From: a virus
Length of the DNA: 35,002 nucleotides
IMG/VR virus record: IMGVR_UViG_3300033412_000041
Reading direction: 5' to 3' (one strand)
A program made the position numbers and the translations under genes. The notes under the pieces were generated by a model. That model was not told where the DNA came from and did not search any database. It saw only the letters and a list, made by a program, of their open reading frames with translations. Shown here piece by piece: positions 16,373 through 22,182 of this stretch; position 1 is the stretch's first letter; every line of letters begins with the position of its first letter.

Positions 16373-16716
16373 TTAATTTTCTCCTTTAATTTTTCAATAC
16401 TATTAGCAATTATTTCTATATGTTCATAAATCCTACTAATATCTCGTTTAATTAAATAAAATTCACTAAACTTTTTGCAATTATCAATATCATCTTTATT
16501 GAAACAAAAATATTTTTTACAATTATTTTTATGAAAATTTTTTGTTGATTTAATATCTAATTCACGAAAACACCAATATTTAGCTGCAGATAAATCAAAT
16601 CCATCAAAACTTTCACATAATAAATTAGAATTGCTATATTTATCATTCATATATTTACCATTATCTAATTTATACCATCCATTTTTTAACAAAAATTCAT
16701 CTTCTATATCTCTCAT
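16369..16716 (-). CDS. Hypothetical protein
   Basis: 115-aa ORF coupled at both ends. Confidence 0.4.
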   Translation of the reverse strand: MRDIEDEFLLKNGWYKLDNGKYMNDKYSNSNLLCESFDGFDLSAAKYWCFRELDIKSTKNFHKNNCKKYFCFNKDDIDNCKKFSEFYLIKRDISRIYEHIEIIANSIEKLKEKIK

Positions 16717-17396
16717 TTTACTCTCTCCGCAATTAACATTTCTTTAATTTCAGGTACTTCAAATGTAAAAATCTTTTCTAAAACTTCTACTCCTTTCAAT
16801 TTAGGATAATAACTACGAGCAATCTTCTTCAATTCTGTAAATTTGTCTGCAATCTGATACCAATTATCATACTCATAAATTTCTTTGAGCATTTTGCAAA
16901 CTTTTGCTCCTTCATCGATCAATCGATTTAAAGACACATTTGGATGCCGTGTAGGAGTTTTCTCTTGAGTCAGTACCATCACATCACTTTTGTATTTAAA
17001 CCTCTTAGAACCGTTTATAGACACGCACAACTCCATAAATTCACCCGCCGTAGGAGGCCATGAAGGATATCTTTCTGGCAATCTATCCAGAGCTTTTTTT
17101 ATAATATCGTTTGAAATGTCTTTCAAAGCATTGTCCCATATACGCAAAGCAGCCAAATATATTTCATCATCATTCAGTGAAATCGTGAATCTGTTAGAAT
17201 AAAAAGTCTGTAGAAGAACAAAGATCCGTTGTATTCTCGGATATTTCTCTTTCCCCTCTAACAGAACGGTCGTACTCCGGGAGACCGGCTGTGTTTCGTT
17301 CCCAGAAACGTTGTGCTGAAGATTTAACTTCTGATTGTTGATTTCCATAACTTCTCTCCTTAGTTGATTTAACTTCAAAAACACCTTGCCATCCAT
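16713..17396 (-). CDS. Lambda P-like replication protein (helicase-loader candidate); start uncertain
   Basis: 227 aa. RIWDNALKDISNDIIKKALDRLPERYPSWPPTAGEFMELC resembles the WPPSxxEF motif of P-type proteins from memory. The first 155-203 nt overlap the upstream gene out of frame. Confidence 0.4.
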   Translation of the reverse strand: MDGKVFLKLNQLRREVMEINNQKLNLQHNVSGNETQPVSRSTTVLLEGKEKYPRIQRIFVLLQTFYSNRFTISLNDDEIYLAALRIWDNALKDISNDIIKKALDRLPERYPSWPPTAGEFMELCVSINGSKRFKYKSDVMVLTQEKTPTRHPNVSLNRLIDEGAKVCKMLKEIYEYDNWYQIADKFTELKKIARSYYPKLKGVEVLEKIFTFEVPEIKEMLIAERVK

Positions 17397-18033
17397 TTGC
17401 CATGCTTTGGTTCAACACATCTTCTACGTTTTGACCTTCTGATCTCATCTTCTCCAAACGATTGATCATTTTCTTTTGCATAAGCTCTGTCATCGGCTTT
17501 TTCATTTCTTTTCTGAATTGTTTAAAATCTTCCCATAAATTTTTATCTAACCATTTAGGTAAATCGACAACAACAGCAACCTGATTTTTAGGTTGCGCCT
17601 TAATCTTATCTTTTATCTTTTGTTTATTATCTGGTTTATTATCTGGTATAGGTTGGGCGATTCCGCCCAATGGAGTGGGCGATTCCATACTTTCAATTGG
17701 GCATTTTCGCCCAAGAGTTAATCCAAACAAATTATGTCCATAGTCAGTCAAAGAGAACCATGTTGTTCTATCATAATTTATTTGATTAAAATTACCTTTC
17801 ATTAATAAATTAAGATCATATGATTTTTTTATTATTCTTTTTATTTGGTCTCTGCTCCAATATGGGAAAAGATCAGTTAATGCGCTTTGGGTGTTATATG
17901 TCCAATACCTATTTTCGTTAAAATTAATATCATTGGATTGATTGTGTTTAACCCAAAAAGATATATTTTTCATGAAAATCGAAACTTCTAGGCCATATTT
18001 TTTTGCTATATCAATATCAAATATATGTTGCAT
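17194..18033 (-). CDS. Replication initiator (O-like: N-terminal winged-HTH, C-terminal DnaD/DnaT-like segment)
   Basis: 279 aa. The N-terminus reads ...ISFWVKHNQ...RYWTYNTQSALTDLFPYWSRDQIKRIIKKSYDLNLL...DRTTWFSL and the C-terminus LPKWLDKNLWEDFKQFRKEMKKPMT...NGWQGVF. Iterons are embedded in the linker. Confidence 0.55.
   Translation of the reverse strand: MQHIFDIDIAKKYGLEVSIFMKNISFWVKHNQSNDINFNENRYWTYNTQSALTDLFPYWSRDQIKRIIKKSYDLNLLMKGNFNQINYDRTTWFSLTDYGHNLFGLTLGRKCPIESMESPTPLGGIAQPIPDNKPDNKQKIKDKIKAQPKNQVAVVVDLPKWLDKNLWEDFKQFRKEMKKPMTELMQKKMINRLEKMRSEGQNVEDVLNQSMANGWQGVFEVKSTKERSYGNQQSEVKSSAQRFWERNTAGLPEYDRSVRGEREISENTTDLCSSTDFLF
17623..17714. other. Candidate replication origin: tandem 12-mers plus three 22-bp-phased GC-rich iterons inside the initiator gene
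   Basis: TTTATTATCTGG x2 (17623-17646). TTGGGCGATTCCGCCCAA (17653-17670, dyad), GTGGGCGATTCC (17675-17686) and TTGGGCATTTTCGCCCAA (17697-17714, dyad). The iterons start exactly 22 bp apart. Confidence 0.5.
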
Positions 18034-18034
18034 A

Positions 18035-18220
18035 TTACTTCTCCATGTTCTTTCGCCATTCCAATGCCGCTTCCTTGCTAATCAAAACCTTTCTTTCTAA
18101 TTTAATTAATTTAGGTGCTTTTCCAGCTGCTATCAATCTATAAAATGTAACTTTACACATATTATGCATCTTACAAAATTCAGTTATTGTATAAGTATCT
18201 TTATTTTCATTTGTTATCAT
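18035..18220 (-). CDS. AlpA/excisionase-type (MerR-like) HTH protein, first gene of the replication operon
   Basis: YTITEFCKMHNMCKVTFYRLIAAGKAPKLIKLERKVLISKEAALEWR. I prefer the ATG at 18220 (AGGAAA upstream) because the promoter at 18252-18280 lies inside the longer track ORF. Confidence 0.55.
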   Translation of the reverse strand: MITNENKDTYTITEFCKMHNMCKVTFYRLIAAGKAPKLIKLERKVLISKEAALEWRKNMEK

Positions 18221-18251
18221 ATAATTTCCTATTGACATTCTATTTAATTGC

Positions 18252-18280
18252 AGTATACTAGTGTTTGTAAGATAAGTCAA
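18252..18280 (-). promoter_or_regulatory. Sigma70-like promoter for the minus-strand replication/early operon
   Basis: The minus strand reads TTGACT (18280-18275)-N17-TATACT (18257-18252). Confidence 0.6.
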
Positions 18281-18443
18281 ACATAATCAACCCCAAATGT
18301 TGGTAGGGAACATGGATACCAATAGGTCCCCAATAATGGATGTGCAGGTAATTATTGTTTGACAATTTATAACTAGGCACCCTTTCGTAAATTGATAAGG
18401 CTACCTCTGAATACATATTTAAATGAAATGATAAAAGTTTTAT

Positions 18444-18525
18444 GGAAAGATGGGTGAGCAGTTGAAACCGACAGGCTGTAAATCTGTTCTCAAAAGGCAC
18501 GCCAGTTCGAATCTAGCTCTTTCCA
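18444..18525 (+). tRNA. tRNA-Tyr(GTA)-like, class II (long variable arm), no encoded CCA
   Basis: Hand-folded cloverleaf:
- acceptor GGAAAGA/TCTTTCC
- 3-bp D stem GGT/ACC
- anticodon arm ACAGG-CTGTAAA-TCTGT
- 13-nt variable region
- T arm GCCAG-TTCGAAT-CTAGC with one C-A mismatch. Confidence 0.6.
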
Positions 18526-18537
18526 AATATGTTTTAC

Positions 18538-18684
18538 GGCATCATCGGCGTGGACAGTGACACTCTACATTGCATAGTGTAATCCTAGTTCGATTCTAGG
18601 CATTTGCAGGATAATAAAGGTATGCACCTGAATTATTAGCGATTGGTTAATGGAAACTATCCGGTGCAATTCCGGAATGATGCC
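18538..18684 (+). ncRNA. Unclassified 147-nt tRNA-like structured RNA candidate
   Basis: An 8-bp closing stem GGCATCAT/ATGATGCC encloses four elements:
- ACACT/AGTGT with an 11-nt loop
- a canonical T arm CCTAG-TTCGATT-CTAGG (18584-18600)
- a 6+4-bp hairpin (18612-18638)
- a second T-like arm TCCGG-TGCAATT-CCGGA (18660-18676) that abuts the closing stem
No ORF is present. Confidence 0.35.
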
Positions 18685-18822
18685 AATGTTAATTGTTTTT
18701 TAAGGAAATGTTAAATGTTTATGGCCGACGATACACTGATAAAAGTAGGATAAAAAGTTATGATTACTCATAACCGCTTTGCCGAGCGCAGTGGAAAATA
18801 GGCCACCAATTAAGGAGAAAAT

Positions 18823-19659
18823 ATGTTAAGACAAGTTATTATAGGAACTTCTTCGGTATTTGTTTGCATTTCATTAATTTCATGCACAAAAGTACCAGCA
18901 GGACATAAAGGAGTAATTGTAAATCTTTATGGATCAGACAAAGGTGTTTCAGAAGAAACAGTGGGAGTTGGTCGTTATTATCTTGGTTGGAACAAAGAAC
19001 TTTACCTTTTCCCAGTATTCTTGCAAAACTATACTTGGGCTGGTGAAGAACAAATTACCATGCAGACATCTGAAGGATTATCAATTTCAGCAGATGTTGG
19101 TGTTACGTATAATATTCATCCAGAAAATGTTTCAAAAGTATTTCAGAAATACAGATTAGGTATTGATGAAATTACTCATACTTTCCTCCACAATATGGTT
19201 AGAGATGCTATGAATCAAGTATCTTCTACTATGACGGTTGAACAGTTATATGGAGATAAAAAGGAACAATTTATTGTAAAAGTAAATGATATTGTAAAAA
19301 AAGAATGTCTAGAAGTTGGAATTGATATGGACAAAATATACCTTATTGGTTCATTTAAATTGCCTGATAATGTTGTTGAATCTATCAATGCAAAAATTCA
19401 AGCTAGTCAAAATGCTATGAAAGTAGAAAATGAAGTTGCTACAGCTAAAGCAGAAGCACTTAAAACGGTAGTAGTAGCAGAAGCTGAAGCGCAACGAATT
19501 TTAATAGATGCTAAAGCTAGAGCAGAATCAAATCGTTTATTATCTGAAAGTTTAACAACATCATTCATTCAGTATCAAACATTGCTTAAATGGGATGGAA
19601 AATTGCCACAAATTACTGGATCATCAACTATTCCAATGATTAACTTAAAGAGCAATTAA
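18823..19659 (+). CDS. SPFH/Band-7 (prohibitin-family) lipoprotein
   Basis: 278 aa. Signal peptide with lipobox LISC. The SPFH pattern is KVPAGHKGVIV...GLSISADVGVTYNI..., followed by an Ala/Glu-rich coiled coil and ...LKWDGKLPQ near the C-terminus. AAGGAG SD. Confidence 0.7.
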   Translation: MLRQVIIGTSSVFVCISLISCTKVPAGHKGVIVNLYGSDKGVSEETVGVGRYYLGWNKELYLFPVFLQNYTWAGEEQITMQTSEGLSISADVGVTYNIHPENVSKVFQKYRLGIDEITHTFLHNMVRDAMNQVSSTMTVEQLYGDKKEQFIVKVNDIVKKECLEVGIDMDKIYLIGSFKLPDNVVESINAKIQASQNAMKVENEVATAKAEALKTVVVAEAEAQRILIDAKARAESNRLLSESLTTSFIQYQTLLKWDGKLPQITGSSTIPMINLKSN

Positions 19660-19660
19660 C

Positions 19661-19849
19661 ATGAAAAAACTAATAATTATATGCATCATATCATTTATAA
19701 TCTTATATGATTTAGGTGTAATAATACCATGGATAATTTCTACAGCGTCAATTCCAATAATGTTAATAATGGCATTTTTATGTTTGCATGTAATTATTTT
19801 TTTATATTTATTATTTAAATCATTTAATTTTTTAAGGATATACCTATGA
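19661..19849 (+). CDS. Small polytopic membrane protein coupled to the SPFH gene
   Basis: 62 aa, almost fully hydrophobic. The ATG lies 1 nt after the SPFH stop. Confidence 0.5.
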   Translation: MKKLIIICIISFIILYDLGVIIPWIISTASIPIMLIMAFLCLHVIIFLYLLFKSFNFLRIYL

Positions 19850-20013
19850 AAATACAATTTGAAGCAGAATCAATCGGAAATTGGGCAGTTCGTTATAAAG
19901 TATATGGTGGTTGAATAGTAAATGATTTTAGTGGTTCAACAAATGATAATTTGAATAATACATTTAAAACATCTGTATTTGTTCCAGACCCAGAACACAA
20001 ATGGGAAGTTTAG
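19846..20013 (+). pseudogene. 55-codon frame with an in-frame TGA (19912-19914) where Trp is expected
   Basis: The ATG is coupled to the upstream stop as ATGA. Reads MKIQFEAESIGNWAVRYKVYGG*IVNDFSGSTNDNLNNTFKTSVFVPDPEHKWEV. The downstream part has no in-frame start. Confidence 0.4.
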
Positions 20014-20058
20014 TTTTTTTATGATACAGTACTACTTTTAATCAAAGGAAGTATTAAT

Positions 20059-20301
20059 ATGTCAATTAAAGAATTTCAAATTAGCTTTGCAGGACAAGGA
20101 ATCAACCCTCGATTTGGTCATCTATTGACTGATGACACATTAGCAGAAGTAGTAGTCTCGGGATATCTTAACCCATACATGAAAAGCCAAGGATTTAGTA
20201 TTTTACCTACAGATTTCATATTCGTAGTCGCATCTGATGGCCATCAAATTTATAAACCTGTTTTTAATGGTGAAATCGTCACTTTAACTGTACTACCTTA
20301 A
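20059..20301 (+). CDS. Hypothetical protein
   Basis: 80-aa ORF with AAAGGAAG upstream. Confidence 0.45.
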   Translation: MSIKEFQISFAGQGINPRFGHLLTDDTLAEVVVSGYLNPYMKSQGFSILPTDFIFVVASDGHQIYKPVFNGEIVTLTVLP

Positions 20302-20311
20302 GGAGATTAAA

Positions 20312-20422
20312 ATGAAACATTTAGAAAAAGCTAAGAAAATGATGAAAGAATCTAAGAAACATAAAGAGATGAGTAAAAAAGTTAAAGAAAAAGCAAAAAA
20401 AGTTGAAAAAAAGATAAAATAA
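20312..20422 (+). CDS. 36-aa lysine-rich peptide, not in the track
   Basis: AAGGAGATTAAA-ATG. My translation is MKHLEKAKKMMKESKKHKEMSKKVKEKAKKVEKKIK. Confidence 0.35.
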   Translation: MKHLEKAKKMMKESKKHKEMSKKVKEKAKKVEKKIK

Positions 20423-20472
20423 GTGTTAATATATATTTCTCCTTAATTTTCCCAAATCGTCCATTTGGTTTA

Positions 20473-20496
20473 AGCCCCTGGTCTGGGGCTTTTTTT
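20473..20496 (+). terminator. Rho-independent terminator ending plus-strand operon B
   Basis: AGCCCC-TGGTCT-GGGGCT followed by a 7-T run. Overlaps the stop of the convergent repressor-like gene. Confidence 0.75.
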
Positions 20497-20707
20497 ATTC
20501 ATCAGGCCTAAGATATTCTAAAGATATTTTAAGTCCTTTTATTCTAGCAATTGATATCAATTTATAGCATTTACTTAAAGATAGTCTTCTTCTTCCAGCT
20601 TCGCAATTAGACCAACCAGATTGGGACATCGAAAGAAGATTAGATATTTCAAATTGATCTAATCCTAATTGAATTCTTATATTTTTTAATTTTTCTTCTG
20701 GAGACAT
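20495..20707 (-). CDS. XRE-family (Cro/CI-type) HTH regulator
   Basis: LKNIRIQLGLDQFEISNLLSMSQSGWSNCEAGRRRLSL. I prefer the ATG at 20707 (GAGG 8 nt upstream) over the track start at 20719. Confidence 0.65.
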   Translation of the reverse strand: MSPEEKLKNIRIQLGLDQFEISNLLSMSQSGWSNCEAGRRRLSLSKCYKLISIARIKGLKISLEYLRPDE

Positions 20708-20735
20708 TTTGAACCTCATATTACTTATTGAATAA

Positions 20736-20751
20736 TAATATTATAATATTA
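20736..20751. promoter_or_regulatory. Perfect 16-bp palindrome TAATATTATAATATTA in the divergent regulatory region (candidate operator overlapping -10 elements)
   Basis: Read directly. It contains TATAAT on both strands and lies between the XRE gene and plus-strand operon C. On the minus strand, TTTACT sits 18 nt upstream of TATAAT. Confidence 0.35.
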
Positions 20752-20837
20752 AAATAAAAAATAGTAAAATAATACTTGCATTGATGTATTTCTTTATGAA
20801 ATAATATCCTTGTGTTAAATAAATTAAGGAAGATGTA

Positions 20838-21011
20838 ATGAGTGATTATAAAACAAGAGATATAGTTTCTCACATATTAGATAAAATGGGATTTAGATTA
20901 TTGGCTAAAGACGCAATGGAAGGTCGTAATTTAGATTCTTTGATATCTTATATAAAATACAAATATACTGGTAATTCTGAAGTACAAGAATTTATCGAAT
21001 ATTTTTTATAA
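20838..21011 (+). CDS. Hypothetical 57-aa protein, not in the track
   Basis: AAGGAAG upstream. My translation is MSDYKTRDIVSHILDKMGFRLLAKDAMEGRNLDSLISYIKYKYTGNSEVQEFIEYFL. Confidence 0.45.
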   Translation: MSDYKTRDIVSHILDKMGFRLLAKDAMEGRNLDSLISYIKYKYTGNSEVQEFIEYFL

Positions 21012-21025
21012 AGGAGATTGTTATT

Positions 21026-21376
21026 ATGAACAAAAAGGAAGTTCGAAAAGTTGCTTATGATTTGGTTGTGGATGGTAAAAAATGTATCACATCTTTGACT
21101 GATGAAGATAAAGAAATCATGACTTCTTTAATAATTGAAGGACATAACAAGGCAAATGCATTCGAATTTATTACTGAAGCAGATTCACATTTAGAATTGC
21201 CTTACATGTTAGCTAATTATATGCGTAAAAGGGATTCTGAGAGCGCTCAGGCAATTCTTGATTATATGGTAGATAATGCTATAAATTATGCTGGAAACGA
21301 CATTGTAGACTTTTTAATTGAACAAGAAGAAGAGTATAACTTCAACAAAAAATATGACGGAGGTTTCAATGAATAA
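21026..21376 (+). CDS. Hypothetical protein
   Basis: 116-aa acidic ORF with AAGGAG upstream. Confidence 0.45.
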   Translation: MNKKEVRKVAYDLVVDGKKCITSLTDEDKEIMTSLIIEGHNKANAFEFITEADSHLELPYMLANYMRKRDSESAQAILDYMVDNAINYAGNDIVDFLIEQEEEYNFNKKYDGGFNE

Positions 21377-21506
21377 CGATCATATTTCTTCAATGTCTAG
21401 AGTTTGTGATGATGAATTTGGTAAAGTTATGTACATATTTAACCATTACTTTTTTAGAAACAAACGGATTTGTAAGTTAAGACAAATATTAAGGAGATTT
21501 AAATGA
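21369..21506 (+). CDS. Hypothetical 45-aa protein (shortened from track ORF 21318..21506)
   Basis: The ATG at 21369 overlaps the preceding stop region. The stop overlaps the next ATG as ATGA. Confidence 0.35.
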   Translation: MNNDHISSMSRVCDDEFGKVMYIFNHYFFRNKRICKLRQILRRFK

Positions 21507-22171
21507 GTAATACAATACTGATTATCGGTGAGAGTGGAAGCGGAAAAAGCTCTTCAATAAGAAATCTAAACCATGAAGAGACAATAATAATAAATGTCTT
21601 GGACAAACCCCTGCCATTCAGGGGTTTCAAGAAAAAATATAATAGGAATTCTGATGAAAATAAATCAGCAAATTATTTTGCAACTGATGACTATAGAAAA
21701 ATAAGAGAGTGTATATCTAGGGTAAATTCAAAAAAAGAAATTAAAAACCTAATAATAGATGATTTTCAATACATAATGGCAAATATGTTTATGAAAAGAT
21801 CATCTGAGAGAGGTTACGATAAGTTCACAGAAATAGGACATAATGCTTGGCAAATAATAAGAGATTTGACTGAGTGTAGAGAAGATTTAAATTGCTACGT
21901 AATATCACATTCAGATGTTGATCAGTCTGGAAAAGCAAAATGCAAAACTATAGGAAAGATGCTAGATGATAAAATATGCTTGGAAGGAATGTTTACTATA
22001 GTATTTCATGCATTAACTAGCGATAACAAATATAGATTTTTGACACAAAATGATGGTATTCATATAGCAAAATCACCAATGGGAATGTTCGATAAAAAAT
22101 ATATAGACAATGATTTAAATGAAATAAATAAAGTTATTTTTGATTATTTTAATGAAGATATTAACCAATAA
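21503..22171 (+). CDS. P-loop ATPase, Sak4/AAA_24-like single-strand annealing recombinase candidate
   Basis: 222 aa. Walker A IIGESGSGKSS at the extreme N-terminus and Walker B LIIDDF. The size and layout are typical of core-only RecA-like phage ATPases. Confidence 0.5.
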   Translation: MSNTILIIGESGSGKSSSIRNLNHEETIIINVLDKPLPFRGFKKKYNRNSDENKSANYFATDDYRKIRECISRVNSKKEIKNLIIDDFQYIMANMFMKRSSERGYDKFTEIGHNAWQIIRDLTECREDLNCYVISHSDVDQSGKAKCKTIGKMLDDKICLEGMFTIVFHALTSDNKYRFLTQNDGIHIAKSPMGMFDKKYIDNDLNEINKVIFDYFNEDINQ

Positions 22172-22182
22172 GGATATTAAAT

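Noticed and set aside
18359-18364. TTGACA upstream of the tRNA-like gene as a plus-strand promoter
   Set aside because: No acceptable -10 hexamer lies at 16-19 nt spacing; the nearest TAAATT is 23 nt away. It was therefore not called.
18258-18500. Track ORF of 80 aa on the minus strand
   Set aside because: It lies upstream of the mapped promoter for the minus-strand operon, overlaps the tRNA-like gene, has no SD and has odd composition.
18560-18608. attP core made of a host tRNA 3' half (canonical T arm plus CATTTGC-A)
   Set aside because: No integrase or recombinase is encoded anywhere in the genome, and the segment upstream of the T arm does not form a normal anticodon arm. This cannot be excluded without host genomes, so it is mentioned only as an alternative in the RNA-island finding.
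18538-18684. tmRNA (ssrA) interpretation of the tRNA-like structure, including GCA TTT GCA GGA TAA TAA read as a tag ORF with a double stop
   Set aside because: At 147 nt it is far shorter than known one-piece tmRNAs. The 'tag' would be only 4 aa, I could find no pseudoknots, and the terminal T-like loop (TGCAATT) deviates from TTCRANY. It is kept only as an unclassified structured RNA.
19912-19914. Alternative genetic code (TGA read as Trp or Gly), suggested by the in-frame TGA at a predicted Trp position
   Set aside because: Long genes of 530-1006 aa are intact under the standard code. Trp is encoded by TGG wherever I checked (for example the TGG TCA GCA units). TGA serves as an ordinary stop in several coupled ATGA junctions. 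The other interrupted gene carries TAA, not TGA.
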